Positions 38,518-50,928 are shown, counted from the stretch's first letter. The stretch is 64,000 nucleotides of DNA from Gammaproteobacteria bacterium (GCA_965221695.1 OZ244905.1:2848001-2912000), one strand, 5' to 3'. Translations and numbers: made by a program. Notes: a model not told the origin generated them from the sequence alone.

Positions 38518-39300
38518 ATGCTGACATTCCCGAATATTGATCCCGTTGCCGTCGACCTGGGGTTCCTGCAGATCCGCTGGTACGGGATCAGTTATATCGC
38601 CGGCATCCTGGGGGCCTGGGCGCTGTTGCATTACCGGGCTAAGACCGGGCGTTTTGGGTGGACTGCCGAACAGGTCGGTGACCTGATGTTTTACGGCATC
38701 CTGGGCGTCATCATCGGCGGCCGGCTCGGGTCGGCGCTGTTCTACAACCTGCCCTATTACCTGGACAACCCGCTAGACATAGTCAAAATCTGGCAGGGCG
38801 GCATGTCGTTCCACGGCGGGCTGCTGGGGGTCATCGCGGCCTGCTGGTTGTACGGACGCAAGATCAACAAGACCTTCTTCGAAGTCACTGATTTCCTGGC
38901 GCCGGTCGTCCCCATCGGCCTGTTCACCGGCCGCCTGGGCAATTTTATCAATGCGGAACTGTGGGGCAAACCGTCAGACCTGCCCTGGGCAATGGTGTTC
39001 CCGGGCGCCGGACCGCTGCCGCGCCACCCGACACAACTCTATGAAGCATTCCTGGAAGGGCTGTGCCTGTTCATCATCCTCTGGTGGTTCTCCGCCCGTC
39101 CGCGCCCGCTGATGGCCGTCTCCGGGCTGTTCCTGCTGGGCTACGGCCTGTTTCGTTTTGCGGTGGAATTCCTGCGCGAGCCGGATGCCCACCTGGGTTA
39201 TCTTGGTTTCGGCTGGCTTACGATGGGGCAGGTATTGTCCTTTCCGATGATCCTTATTGGTGTGCTATTGTGTGCCGTGGCGCACGGCAGGTTCAGGTGA
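38518..39300 (+). CDS. lgt: Prolipoprotein diacylglyceryl transferase
   Basis: [33 protein letters not shown]. Confidence 0.97.
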   Translation: MLTFPNIDPVAVDLGFLQIRWYGISYIAGILGAWALLHYRAKTGRFGWTAEQVGDLMFYGILGVIIGGRLGSALFYNLPYYLDNPLDIVKIWQGGMSFHGGLLGVIAACWLYGRKINKTFFEVTDFLAPVVPIGLFTGRLGNFINAELWGKPSDLPWAMVFPGAGPLPRHPTQLYEAFLEGLCLFIILWWFSARPRPLMAVSGLFLLGYGLFRFAVEFLREPDAHLGYLGFGWLTMGQVLSFPMILIGVLLCAVAHGRFR

Positions 39301-39383
39301 GTCTGATTTGATATGTCAGTACAAACTTACCTGTGCCATTGTTGTGCACGCGGAAATTCGCGCTGCGTAGATGACGCACCGGA

Positions 39384-39428
39384 ACCATTCCCGCGTGCAC
39401 GGGAATGGTACGGGGCGCAGGCGACACA
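39384..39428. repeat. REP-like hairpin between lgt and thyA
   Basis: accattcccgcgtgcacgggaatggtacgg...gcgacaca. Confidence 0.7.
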
Positions 39429-39456
39429 TTATCATTGAGTTGAAATAAAGCCCGGC

Positions 39457-40251
39457 ATGAAACAATACCTGGACCTGTTGCGCCATGTACGCGATGAAGG
39501 CGCTCGGAAATCCGACCGCACCGGCACCGGTACACTCAGTGTCTTTGGCTACCAGATGCGCTTCGACCTGAGTCAGTCATTCCCGGCGCTCACTACCAAA
39601 AAACTGCATTTCAAATCCATCATCCACGAACTGTTGTGGTTTTTGCAGGGAGAATCGAACATTCGTTACCTGCGCGAGCACGGCGTCACCATCTGGGATG
39701 AGTGGGCCGATGAACAAGGAGAGTTGGGACCGGTCTACGGCGTGCAGTGGCGCGCTTGGCGCACGGCGGATGGCGCGGTCATAGACCAGGTTGCCGATGT
39801 GGTCGACCAGATCAAGGCCAACCCTGACTCGCGGCGGCTTATTGTCAGCGCCTGGAACCCGGGCCAGATCGGCAAAATGGCCCTGGCGCCCTGCCACGCC
39901 TTTTTCCAGTTCTACGTGAACAACGGCGCGCTGTCCTGCCAGATGTACCAGCGCAGCGCAGACATCTTCCTGGGAGTGCCGTTTAACATCGCCTCCTACT
40001 CACTGCTCACCCTGATGATGGCCCAGGTCACCGGCCTGAAGCCGAGCGAATTCGTCCACACCCTGGGCGACGCCCACCTGTACCTGAACCACCTGGAGCA
40101 GGCAGATGAGCAGTTGACCCGGGAACCCTTACCGCCGCCGCAGATGCGGCTAAACCCCGATGTCAAGGATATTTTCGGCTTCCGCTACGAGGATTTTGAA
40201 CTGGTCGGCTACGAGGCACACCCATCCATCCCGGCGCCTATCGCGGTTTGA
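39457..40251 (+). CDS. thyA: Thymidylate synthase
   Basis: [34 protein letters not shown]. Confidence 0.98.
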   Translation: MKQYLDLLRHVRDEGARKSDRTGTGTLSVFGYQMRFDLSQSFPALTTKKLHFKSIIHELLWFLQGESNIRYLREHGVTIWDEWADEQGELGPVYGVQWRAWRTADGAVIDQVADVVDQIKANPDSRRLIVSAWNPGQIGKMALAPCHAFFQFYVNNGALSCQMYQRSADIFLGVPFNIASYSLLTLMMAQVTGLKPSEFVHTLGDAHLYLNHLEQADEQLTREPLPPPQMRLNPDVKDIFGFRYEDFELVGYEAHPSIPAPIAV

Positions 40252-40296
40252 TCCCTCCACGGAACTCCTTAAATCGTCACCATATTCTGAAGGCTG

Positions 40297-40797
40297 ATGA
40301 TCATCTCACTCATTGTCGCCATGGACCGTCGGGGCGTCATCGGCGCCGACGGCGCCTTGCCCTGGCGCCTGTCCGATGACCTGAAACGGTTCAAGGCCAT
40401 CACTATGGGAAAACCGCTGATCATGGGTCGGAAGACCCACGAATCCATCGGCCGGCCGCTGCCCGAGCGCCGCAACATCATCCTCACCCGGCAACAGGAG
40501 TATACAGCCGAGGGTTGCATCGTGTGCGATAACGCAGAGGAGGCGCTGGCAGCCTGCGCCGGCTATGAAGAGGTGATGGTCATGGGCGGCGCGACATTGT
40601 ACGAATTGTTTCTGCCGCGCGCCGGGCGCATCTACCTGACCCGGGTGCAGGCGGAAGTCGATGGCGATACCTGGTTCCCGCCGTTCGACGAGAGCGCCTG
40701 GAACGTGGTTGAACGCCGGGACTATCCGGCAGACGCAAACAACGAATACGCGTGCAGTTTTCAGGTACTGGAAAAAACCGGGGCTGTTATGTGCTAA
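40297..40797 (+). CDS. folA: Dihydrofolate reductase
   Basis: LPWRLSDDL, IMGRKT, RPLPERRNI, GDTWFP. Confidence 0.95.
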   Translation: MIISLIVAMDRRGVIGADGALPWRLSDDLKRFKAITMGKPLIMGRKTHESIGRPLPERRNIILTRQQEYTAEGCIVCDNAEEALAACAGYEEVMVMGGATLYELFLPRAGRIYLTRVQAEVDGDTWFPPFDESAWNVVERRDYPADANNEYACSFQVLEKTGAVMC

Positions 40798-40911
40798 CTT
40801 GCAAGCGCTCTGTCGGAAAAGCTTTGGCGTAAAGCCCACCAGGCTGGCGCCGCACTCGGCTATATCCAGATGCTTCGTGTTACCGCTTGCCTGCAAGTTC
40901 AAACTCGGTGT

Positions 40912-41733
40912 CTAACCTTGCCTGGACGGCGCCACGAAATAATGCCCGTCCTCCAGACGCATCGCCATCAGTTCACCGCCCCAGACACAGCCCATGTCCA
41001 GCGGAAACACGTTGAAGCGTTTGTAGTCCTGGCGGTAATCCCTGAGTGCGGCCCAGTGCCCGAAAATGATCTTATCCGCCAGGGTCTTCCTGCCGGCGAC
41101 CTCGAACCAGGGTTGTGCGTCTTGGGCGTCGGGTACGCCTTTCTCGCTCAGGTTCAGCACACCGTCCTGACTGCAGAAGCGGATACGGGTCAGGCAATTG
41201 GTGATGTAGCGCAGCCGATCCCAGCCGCTCAGGTCCGCCGACCAGCAATCCGGTTGGTTGCCGTACATATTGGCGAAGTAATCCCGGTAATGCGGTCCCC
41301 GTAACGCTTGTTCCACCTCCGCGGCGTAGTCCAGCGCCTGGTCGAGCCGCCATTGCGGCGGCAGGCCGGCATGCACCATGGTGTAGCCGGTTTGCTCGTC
41401 GTGATGCATCAATGGCAGCCGCCGTAACCAGTGCAGCAGTTCGGCGCAATCATCCGCTCCCAGGATGTCATCGAGGGTATCGCCGGCATGCTGGTACTGG
41501 GGCTGGCCGTTGCCGATCGCCAGCAGGTGCAATTCGTGATTGCCGAGCACGGTAACCGCCGCATCCCCCAGGCTCTTCACGAAACGCAGGCACGCCAGTG
41601 ATTGCGGGCCGCGGTTGACCAGGTCGCCGGTGAACCAGAGCCGATCCTGCGCCGGGTCGAACCGGATCATTTTCAGCAGTTCCTCAAGTTCGTCGAAACA
41701 ACCTTGCAGATCGCCAATGGCAAAAGTAGCCAT
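40912..41733 (-). CDS. apaH: Symmetrical Ap4A hydrolase
   Basis: IGDLQGC, GDLVNRGP, LGNHE, FGHWAAL, GCVWG. Confidence 0.95.
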   Translation of the reverse strand: MATFAIGDLQGCFDELEELLKMIRFDPAQDRLWFTGDLVNRGPQSLACLRFVKSLGDAAVTVLGNHELHLLAIGNGQPQYQHAGDTLDDILGADDCAELLHWLRRLPLMHHDEQTGYTMVHAGLPPQWRLDQALDYAAEVEQALRGPHYRDYFANMYGNQPDCWSADLSGWDRLRYITNCLTRIRFCSQDGVLNLSEKGVPDAQDAQPWFEVAGRKTLADKIIFGHWAALRDYRQDYKRFNVFPLDMGCVWGGELMAMRLEDGHYFVAPSRQG

Positions 41734-41864
41734 GGGTTTACCGTCCGCGCAACGCGAAGTTGCGAAAGGGCATAGTTCTCTTTCCCGTTAATATTGACAT
41801 GTTCAGAGCTTCCTTAACTGGAAAGAGAACCAGCGTGCCCGACAACGAACGAACTGGTTGCAGA

Positions 41865-42251
41865 TCAGTGCAATGTAAGCGGCGTGGACAGGTTGAATAC
41901 CGGAATTGGCGAGGCAAATTCAACGCCGTCTTCGGCCATGATGTCGTAGTTGCCTTGCATGCAGCCCACCGGGGTCTCCAGCACGGCGCCGCTGGTATAT
42001 TCAAAGGACTGGCCGGGCCGCAAGTGAGGTTGTTCCCCGACCACGCCATCCCCGTGAACTTCCTGCACCTTGTTGTTTGCATCGGTGATGATCCAATGCC
42101 GGCGCAGCAGAGTTCCCGGGACGCTGCCTGTGTTAGTGATGGATATAGTGTAGGCAAACACAAACCGATTATCCTCAGGGATGGATTGTTCCTGCAGGTA
42201 GGCGGTCTTTACCTTTACGGAGAATTGGTAACGTTCATTATTTTCCAACAT
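41865..42251 (-). CDS. apaG: ApaG protein
   Basis: FAYTISI, RHWIITD, GDGVVGEQP, FEYTSG. Confidence 0.95.
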   Translation of the reverse strand: MLENNERYQFSVKVKTAYLQEQSIPEDNRFVFAYTISITNTGSVPGTLLRRHWIITDANNKVQEVHGDGVVGEQPHLRPGQSFEYTSGAVLETPVGCMQGNYDIMAEDGVEFASPIPVFNLSTPLTLH

Positions 42252-42341
42252 AGTGGGCTTAACCTTAATTGCTTGACGCCAGTCATGTCAATATTTTTTC
42301 AGTCTGCTATGTAAGTTTTGTTGTATAACCCATGTCCGATG

Positions 42342-42428
42342 CCATACTCCAGGAACCCCCCGTTTTCACGGGTACAGGCTACAGAATCCAGTAAAACAAC
42401 GGGTCGCCTTTCAGGCAACACAGTCTGG
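42342..42428. repeat. Degenerate composite REP-like element
   Basis: gaatccagt...gggtcgcctttcaggcaacacag matches the family modules. Confidence 0.55.
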
Positions 42429-43940
42429 CTAACTGCCAGCAAAACTGCCTCGGTATGACAGCGCCTCGCTCAGATGTTCTGCCTTGATGAGGTCAGATTC
42501 TGCCAGGTCCGCCACGGTCCTTGCCACGCGCAGGACCCGACATGTGCCCCGGATGGATAAGTTAAGCTGTTTGACTGCTTTGCGTAGCAAGTCGGTCAGG
42601 CGCTGGTCCAGGTTGCAGTATCTATCCAACTCCTCATTGTTCAGGAGATGATTTTGCTTGCCGGCGCGCGCTATCTGACGGCGGTAGGCGCGCGTTACCC
42701 GGAGCCGCACTACGGCGCTGGTTTCCCGGGTTTCGTCCCGCAGCGCCTCCAGGTTGTCTGGAGACAGGTTCGGCACCTCGATGCGCAGGTCGATCCGGTC
42801 CAACAACGGGCCGGATACCTTGCCCCGATAGCGTCTGACCTGTTGCGGCGTGCAACAACAACGGCCGCTATGGTCGTCGAGATACCCACAGGGACAGGGA
42901 TTCATTGCTGCGACAAGCTGAAAACAGGCTGGGAATTCGGTTTGACGCGCAGCCCTGGAAATACTGATCCGTCCCGCCTCGAGTGGTTCCCTCAAGGCTT
43001 CCAGGACATTGCGATTGAACTCCGGCAACTCATCCAGGAACAGGACGCCGTTATGTGCCAGAGACACTTCGCCCGGACGGGGCGCGCTGCCGCCTCCCAC
43101 CAGGGCCGCTGACGAAGCCGAATGGTGCGGCGTCCGCACCGGACGCACCTTCCAGTCCTCTATCATGAAGCCCCTGACGCTGACAGATTGAATCGCTGCC
43201 GTGGCGATGGCTTCCTCCTCGCTCATAGGCGGCAGCAGACCCGGCAGACGTTCGGCCAGCATCGTTTTGCCACTGCCGGGTGGTCCTACCATCAACAGGT
43301 TATGACCTCCTGACGCACAGATTTCCAAGGCGCGTTTGGCAAAATGATGTGAGCGGACTTCGGACAGATCACGGTAGACATCGCGCTCGCGGCGCGCAGT
43401 TTTCTTGGCCTGAAAACGCGCCAACGCGCCCGCGCCATTAAGATGATTGCATACGGACAGCAAATTCCGCGCCGGCAATACCGTCAACTGGTTTATCAGC
43501 GCCGCTTCCGCGGCATTCTGCATTGGCAGTATCAGGGACCGTCCGGTTTTGTTGACAGAATTTGCGCAAGGCAACACGCCGTCGACCGGCCTCAATTCGC
43601 CGGTCAGTGACAACTCGCCGATAAGCTCATGGGACTGCAGGATCTCTCGGGAAATCTGGCCGGTGGCTGCCAGGATCCCGATAGCTATAGCCAGGTCATA
43701 CCTGCCGCCCTGTTTTGGCAGGTCCGCAGGAGCCAGATTTACCGTGATCCGGCGTAAGGGAAACTCGAAATGGTTGGTCAGCAGCGCGCTCCTGACCCGT
43801 TCCCGGCTCTCCTTGACCTCGGTTTCAGGCAGGCCCACGATGTAAAATTTTGGCAGGCCGGAGGAGACATGGATATCGACAGTTACTTGTAGCGGCTCTA
43901 TCCCTGCCAGGGAGCGTGAATAAATCCTTGCAATTTCCAT
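42429..43940 (-). CDS. comM: YifB/ComM Mg-chelatase-like AAA+ ATPase
   Basis: ITVNLAPADLPK, GPPGSGKT, SLAHNGVLFLDE, AMNPCPCG. Confidence 0.95.
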   Translation of the reverse strand: MEIARIYSRSLAGIEPLQVTVDIHVSSGLPKFYIVGLPETEVKESRERVRSALLTNHFEFPLRRITVNLAPADLPKQGGRYDLAIAIGILAATGQISREILQSHELIGELSLTGELRPVDGVLPCANSVNKTGRSLILPMQNAAEAALINQLTVLPARNLLSVCNHLNGAGALARFQAKKTARRERDVYRDLSEVRSHHFAKRALEICASGGHNLLMVGPPGSGKTMLAERLPGLLPPMSEEEAIATAAIQSVSVRGFMIEDWKVRPVRTPHHSASSAALVGGGSAPRPGEVSLAHNGVLFLDELPEFNRNVLEALREPLEAGRISISRAARQTEFPACFQLVAAMNPCPCGYLDDHSGRCCCTPQQVRRYRGKVSGPLLDRIDLRIEVPNLSPDNLEALRDETRETSAVVRLRVTRAYRRQIARAGKQNHLLNNEELDRYCNLDQRLTDLLRKAVKQLNLSIRGTCRVLRVARTVADLAESDLIKAEHLSEALSYRGSFAGS

Positions 43941-43982
43941 TTGCTTTTCTCCTTGTCGATAGTGTGCCGGGCCGAAGCTATT

Positions 43983-44252
43983 TTAACCTGATCTTTGTTG
44001 TTCCGAAAGCGCTTGTTCCAACTCGGCGACTTGTCTTTGCAGATCATCGAGCGTCGCGCGGGTATTGGCGAGCAACTGCGACTGCACATCAAACTCTTCA
44101 CGAGTGACCAGATTCATCCTGGAAAAGGTAGCGTTCATGGAAGCGCGCGCAATCTTCTCCAAATCCTTGCGCGATCGGGCCAGATCCCTGGGCAGCAAAC
44201 GCAGGAACTGCTGGATGAACTCTTCAAACTCCCGCGCTCTGCTCATATTCAT
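43983..44252 (-). CDS. ubiK: Ubiquinone biosynthesis accessory factor (YqiC/BMFP)
   Basis: LVTREEFDVQ motif plus coiled coil; conserved position upstream of comM. Confidence 0.9.
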   Translation of the reverse strand: MNMSRAREFEEFIQQFLRLLPRDLARSRKDLEKIARASMNATFSRMNLVTREEFDVQSQLLANTRATLDDLQRQVAELEQALSEQQRSG

Positions 44253-44312
44253 ATAGTATCCATTTCAGACAAGCCGCAATAATAACCGCTTCCCTGCAGC
44301 GGCACAACCTCC

Positions 44313-44357
44313 GCGCTATTATTGTGCAACTACCCCTCTCAAGCACGCCCCTGGTGC
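44313..44357 (+). promoter_or_regulatory. Two NtrC-type binding boxes
   Basis: GCGC-N7-GTGC at 44313-44327 and GCAC-N7-GTGC at 44343-44357, 30 bp apart, upstream of a sigma-54 site. Confidence 0.7.
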
Positions 44358-44468
44358 AATCACTCCCCATAAATCAGGACATCCATAAAAATTTGATGGG
44401 TGTCTTGGCGTTATTGCCGTGTGCGTTAGAAGGATCAATTTTTAGTAGGTGTAGCTTATCAACAACTT

Positions 44469-44484
44469 TGGCACGATACATGCA
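44469..44484 (+). promoter_or_regulatory. Sigma-54 (-24/-12) promoter
   Basis: TGGCACGATACATGCA with GG-N10-GC spacing, upstream of porin-amtB-glnK. Confidence 0.8.
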
Positions 44485-44527
44485 TACATAACAGCGATGT
44501 AATAATTGCAACAACTTGGAGTAAAAA

Positions 44528-45241
44528 ATGAGAAGTACTATCTTAAGACTGACAACACTTATCCTGATAATGGGGTCTACATCTTTATCGGCAGAAGATT
44601 CGCCACACCAGTTCAGCGGAAACATAGGGTTATTTACTGACTACCTTTACCGCGGCATTTCCCAGACCAGCGAAAAGCCGGCGGTGCAAGGCGGTATGGA
44701 CTATGCCCACGCGCCTTCAGGTATTTACGTGGGAACCTGGGCTTCTAACGTTGATTTTGCCGAAGATTTGGAAATTGATGTCTATGGCGGCATATCAGGA
44801 GAGCTGGATAACGGCATAAGCTGGGATGTAGGTGGCCTGTATTATATCTATCCCAGTTCCGATGCAAAGCCGGAGGAAAACTTTGTTGAGATGTATGCGA
44901 GCGCCGGCTATACCTTCTCCGGCGTACTGGAGCCAAGTGTCAGCGCCGGGATTGCCTGGTCGCCGGACTTCTTCGGTGAAGATGGCGATGGCATCTACCT
45001 GAACGGCAGCCTGGACCTGTCGCTGCCGCACGGCTTTGGCCTGTCGTTTTACGTCGGTTGGCAGGATGTGGAAGGTGACAAGACCTCGGGACCGGATGGT
45101 TTCAACTACACCCATTACAGCATCGGCATCAGCAAAAGCGTAGGCGCGCTTGATCTAAGCGCCTCCTGGAATGACGCGGACAATGATTGCGGTGGCGAGA
45201 TCTGCGAGGCGCTCGTGGGCAGTATTTCCATGAGCTTCTAA
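44528..45241 (+). CDS. TorF family putative outer-membrane porin (TIGR02001-like)
   Basis: Signal peptide, DYLYRGISQT, PAVQGG, YVGTWASNV, terminal Phe. Confidence 0.85.
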   Translation: MRSTILRLTTLILIMGSTSLSAEDSPHQFSGNIGLFTDYLYRGISQTSEKPAVQGGMDYAHAPSGIYVGTWASNVDFAEDLEIDVYGGISGELDNGISWDVGGLYYIYPSSDAKPEENFVEMYASAGYTFSGVLEPSVSAGIAWSPDFFGEDGDGIYLNGSLDLSLPHGFGLSFYVGWQDVEGDKTSGPDGFNYTHYSIGISKSVGALDLSASWNDADNDCGGEICEALVGSISMSF

Positions 45242-45301
45242 GTATAGCCATCTTAGTACTAGAACCTGGAAAAGAAATCCGAATATTTGGAGAAACTGAC
45301 G

Positions 45302-47016
<1,715 letters not shown>

Positions 47017-47128
47017 CGCCGCTTGAATGGATCTCCCGGTCCTCCTTGGCGCCGGGAATGCCTGGGAACCTCTGACTTTACTTTGTCAGAGGTTCCTTTG
47101 GCACATAGAGTTCCCCTCCTATTCTCGC

Positions 47129-47308
47129 GTAAGCGCCCCCACCCATTCCCCCGGCAAGCTCTCCCTTCCCAGCCTGCCCCTGTATGGCGTTGAGCAGGGG
47201 CGGGAGTGGTTTTGTGGCTGGGCGACACAGTATTCGACTTGCCTCTCGCTTTTGCGGGAGTGGTATGGTCGATGGTGACAAAGTGTTAAACTGGACTCCC
47301 ATCGGGAG
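47129..47308. repeat. Composite REP-like cluster including the nested cagcctgcccctgtatggcgttgagcagggg module
   Basis: Shares exact stretches with 36078-36178 and 53750-54000. Confidence 0.8.
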
Positions 47309-47316
47309 ACAAAATC

Positions 47317-49335
47317 ATGTTTCAAGTCAGAGAAAAACAATCCATGGATGCGCCGGCGAGCGCGCAAACCCAGTACCATCTTTTTGTTGGCGGCAGCTTC
47401 AGTGGCACATTCAGCAATAATCTCGATCAGGATTGGATCAGGGTCGATCTGGTTGCCGGTAAAACATACCTGATCAGCCTGTCCGGAAGCGGGGATAACA
47501 GCGGCGCCGATACCATCCTCAGGGTTTACAACTCGTCAGGAGAGCAAGTCGCCCTCAACGATGACACGGACTTGAGCGCCGGGCAACTGAATTCCACCCT
47601 AAGCTTTACCCCCGAGAGCAGTGGCGTTTACTACCTCAGCGCCGGCGTTTATGCCGGCAACCCTGCTAAGGACTATTCCGGGAGCTACATGCTGACACTG
47701 ACTGATCCGGAGGCTGCTGACGGCATCGGCGACCTGGCGCTGCAAGGCGGCGACGGCGACGACATCCTGGGCGGCGCCGATGGCGCCGATGAACTGCGGG
47801 GCGGCGCCGGCAACGACGAGTTGTATGGCTTCGGTGGGGAGGACTACCTGGTGGGAGAGGCTGGCGATGACCTGCTGGAAGGCGGCGATGATGCCGATCT
47901 GCTGCTGGGAGACAGCGACTCGGGCTTCTTTGCCAGGTCGCTGATCCCGGGCTATTACGCCAGCGACAACGCCAACGACGATTCATCTCCCGATGATCGG
48001 GGACCTGCGGATGTTGATAGTGGGGACCGTGAGGGCCCAACCGCGCTCGCCGAGGATGTCGCTGTCCCGATCTCTGAAGACCCGTTGGCTGATCTGTTCC
48101 CCGACCTGACCCGCGCCGGCACGCTGGATTTCCTTGAGCGCCAGTTGCGCGCCGGAAACGATGTCCTGCATGGCGGCGCCGGCGCAGACTGGCTCGAAGG
48201 CGGCGCCGGGAACGATGAGTTATTCGGCGGAGATGATGATGACAATCTGTTTGGCGACACCTCGCTGGAGCTGTTCTTTGGCTCGTTGCCGGCGATTGTG
48301 GTGAATGATGCCTCGGAACCCAACTCTGCTTTTGTCTTGGCATCGCCTGCGCAGGGCGAACAGGCTGACGCCGGCGCGACCACATCGGAACCGGACGAAA
48401 ACCAGGATGCGCTCGACAACCTGTTATTGATGCTGCTCATCGACCAGTTGACGGCCGGCGATGACAGGCTGGACGGCGGCGCCGGAAACGACTACCTCAG
48501 AGGTGGTTTTGGCAATGATGTGCTGCTCGGTGGCGCCGGCATTGATTGGCTCGAAGGCGGCGCCGGCAATGATGAGCTGGATGCCGGAACAGGGGACGAT
48601 TACCTGCGTGGTGACGCCGGAGATGATCTGTTGGCCGGTGGTTCCGGCGCAGATTGGCTTGAAGGCGGCAGTGGCAACGATACACTGGATGGCGGCGCCG
48701 GCGACGATGTGCTGACCGGCGACGATTATCCTTACTTCCTGTTTCTTGAATCCAACATCGGCAGACAGGCCGACAACCCCGACGCCGGCGACACTGACAC
48801 CGGCGTGTCAATAATGCTCTATGACCCGGATGCAGAACCGGATGACAGTGACGGCCCCGCCATCACCAGCGTCGACGAAGATGACAATGGGATGACCACG
48901 GGGAACAATCCGGGCGTAGTTATTGGCGTAGGTAGTAGTGACGCTAACACTGACTTGAGATTACTGACTACCTTCTTGGCGCCAGGCGGCGACGACACGT
49001 TATCCGGCGGCATGGGAGATGATTTGCTGGATGGAGGTCCCGGCAACGACCTGCTCACCGGTGGTACCGGCGCCGATGTCTTCATCTTCATACCCGCGGG
49101 TGGCTACGATGTTGTCGCGGATTTTCACGCAAACGAGGATCAGATCGACCTCAAGGCCTTTGCCGATATCAGTTCGATAGACGACCTGGCGCTGCAACAA
49201 CAGGGGGACGACCTGATCATCGACTTGTCCGCGCACGCTGGTGGAGAAGTCACACTGCAAGGTGTCGAACAGGCTGACCTGAACGACGCTAACTTCATTT
49301 TCTCCACTGGGGAAGCTTCTGCGATAATTGCCTGA
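47317..49335 (+). CDS. RTX-type calcium-binding protein with N-terminal PPC-like domain
   Basis: Many GGxGxDxLx nonapeptides; DWIRVDLVAGKTY...DTILRVY...NDD domain; no Sec signal. Confidence 0.85.
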   Translation: MFQVREKQSMDAPASAQTQYHLFVGGSFSGTFSNNLDQDWIRVDLVAGKTYLISLSGSGDNSGADTILRVYNSSGEQVALNDDTDLSAGQLNSTLSFTPESSGVYYLSAGVYAGNPAKDYSGSYMLTLTDPEAADGIGDLALQGGDGDDILGGADGADELRGGAGNDELYGFGGEDYLVGEAGDDLLEGGDDADLLLGDSDSGFFARSLIPGYYASDNANDDSSPDDRGPADVDSGDREGPTALAEDVAVPISEDPLADLFPDLTRAGTLDFLERQLRAGNDVLHGGAGADWLEGGAGNDELFGGDDDDNLFGDTSLELFFGSLPAIVVNDASEPNSAFVLASPAQGEQADAGATTSEPDENQDALDNLLLMLLIDQLTAGDDRLDGGAGNDYLRGGFGNDVLLGGAGIDWLEGGAGNDELDAGTGDDYLRGDAGDDLLAGGSGADWLEGGSGNDTLDGGAGDDVLTGDDYPYFLFLESNIGRQADNPDAGDTDTGVSIMLYDPDAEPDDSDGPAITSVDEDDNGMTTGNNPGVVIGVGSSDANTDLRLLTTFLAPGGDDTLSGGMGDDLLDGGPGNDLLTGGTGADVFIFIPAGGYDVVADFHANEDQIDLKAFADISSIDDLALQQQGDDLIIDLSAHAGGEVTLQGVEQADLNDANFIFSTGEASAIIA

Positions 49336-49431
49336 CCAGCCAGCGAGAGTGAGTATTGAAGCCTTGCCCCCCATCATATATACTCCGGGGAAAGGCGCAT
49401 CGCGCCTGGCTTTAAAATTGGGGAGAGCTTT

Positions 49432-50730
49432 ATGAAACAATCTGTGAAAGCTGCAGTTTGCCTGCTGCTTATCGGCGTGCTTGCTCCAACGCTTGCGCTG
49501 GCCCAGGATGCGCCTGAGTTGAATGGCGCCAATACCGCCTGGATACTCGTATCGACCGCCCTGGTGTTGTTCATGACCCTGCCGGGACTGGCGCTGTTCT
49601 ATGCCGGCCTGGTACGCGCCAAGAACGTCCTGTCCGTATTGATGCAATGTTTTTCCATTGCCTGCCTGATGTCCATCCTGTGGCTCATCGCGGGCTACGG
49701 GTTGGCGTTCGGCGATGGCGGCGGTTTGAACCAGTTCGTCGGCTTGGGCAAGTTTTTTCTTGACGGGGTCGGTTGGGACAGCATGAGTGGCGACATTCCG
49801 GAGACCGTATTTTTCATGTTCCAGATGACGTTTGCCATCATCACCCCTGCGCTGATAGTGGGCGGCTTTGCCGAACGCATGAAATTCTCCGCAGTGTTGT
49901 GGTTTTCTGCCCTATGGCTGTTGCTGGTGTACGCCCCTGTGTGCCACTGGGTCTGGGGCGGCGGCTGGTTGGGCGACATGGGATTCATGGACTTTGCAGG
50001 TGGCGCGGTAGTCCATGTTAACGCCGGTGTGGCCGCGATCGTCGCGGCGATAGTCCTCGGCAACCGCAAGGGCTTTCCGGGCACGGCAATGCCTCCGCAT
50101 AACATGACTCTCTCCGTGGCTGGCGCTTCGATGTTGTGGGTGGGCTGGTTCGGGTTTAACGCCGGCAGCGCCCTGGCCGCAGACGGCAGCGCCGGTATGG
50201 CCATGCTGGTCACGCATATCTCCGCGGCGGCAGGCTCTCTGGCCTGGGTTGCCTGCGAGTGGATTAAACACGGCAAGCCCAGCGTGCTGGGCATTGTTAC
50301 CGGTATGGTCGCGGGCCTGGGCACGATTACCCCTGCCTCGGGTTTCGTCGGCCCTCTCGGCGGGTTGCTGATCGGAATTTCAGCCGGTGTTGTCTGCTAC
50401 TTTGCCACCCAGTACATCAAACGGAGCCTGAAGATCGACGATTCCCTGGATGTCTTCCCGGTGCATGGCGTCGGCGGCGCGCTGGGTTGCCTACTGGCAG
50501 CCGTCTTTTTTGCCGCAAGCCTGGGCGGCCCGGCAGATGCAGGCTATGCAATGGGTTCGCAGTTCCTGGTACAGGTGGTCGGCGTAATCGCTACAATCCT
50601 CTGGTGCGGCATCGTCAGCTTCATCATCCTCAAGGTTCTGGACGGCATCCTCGGCCTGCGCGTCACTGCGGATGAAGAAACCGAGGGCCTGGACCTGGTG
50701 TCCCACGACGAGCGCGGTTACACCTTCTAA
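49432..50730 (+). CDS. amtB: Ammonium transporter, paralogue 2
   Basis: Signal peptide, DFAGGAVVH, WFGFNAGS, DDSLDVFPVH. Confidence 0.95.
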   Translation: MKQSVKAAVCLLLIGVLAPTLALAQDAPELNGANTAWILVSTALVLFMTLPGLALFYAGLVRAKNVLSVLMQCFSIACLMSILWLIAGYGLAFGDGGGLNQFVGLGKFFLDGVGWDSMSGDIPETVFFMFQMTFAIITPALIVGGFAERMKFSAVLWFSALWLLLVYAPVCHWVWGGGWLGDMGFMDFAGGAVVHVNAGVAAIVAAIVLGNRKGFPGTAMPPHNMTLSVAGASMLWVGWFGFNAGSALAADGSAGMAMLVTHISAAAGSLAWVACEWIKHGKPSVLGIVTGMVAGLGTITPASGFVGPLGGLLIGISAGVVCYFATQYIKRSLKIDDSLDVFPVHGVGGALGCLLAAVFFAASLGGPADAGYAMGSQFLVQVVGVIATILWCGIVSFIILKVLDGILGLRVTADEETEGLDLVSHDERGYTF

Positions 50731-50740
50731 TGAGTTAGAC

Positions 50741-50775
50741 CCCGGGAGCGCGGGCGAGACGCCCGCGCTCCCGGG
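50741..50775. repeat. Perfect 16-bp-stem palindrome after amtB2 (REP-like or mRNA 3' hairpin)
   Basis: cccgggagcgcgggcg-aga-cgcccgcgctcccggg; no U-tract. Confidence 0.75.
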
Positions 50776-50789
50776 AGAAGCGGTGGTTG

Positions 50790-50878
50790 CCCCGCCACCA
50801 TCCCACTCCTGCGAAAGCAGGAGTCCAGTCAAATTCTGTGTCGCCTGAAAGGCGACTCTTTACTCCACTGGATTCCTA
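50790..50878. repeat. Composite REP-like element, reverse orientation
   Basis: ccactcctgcgaaagcaggagtccagt...ctgtgtcgcctgaaaggcgactc...ctggattcc. Confidence 0.8.
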
Positions 50879-50928
50879 TTTCACAGCAAAATTATATAGG
50901 TGTCCTGTCTTTGCTTTACAATGTCGTC

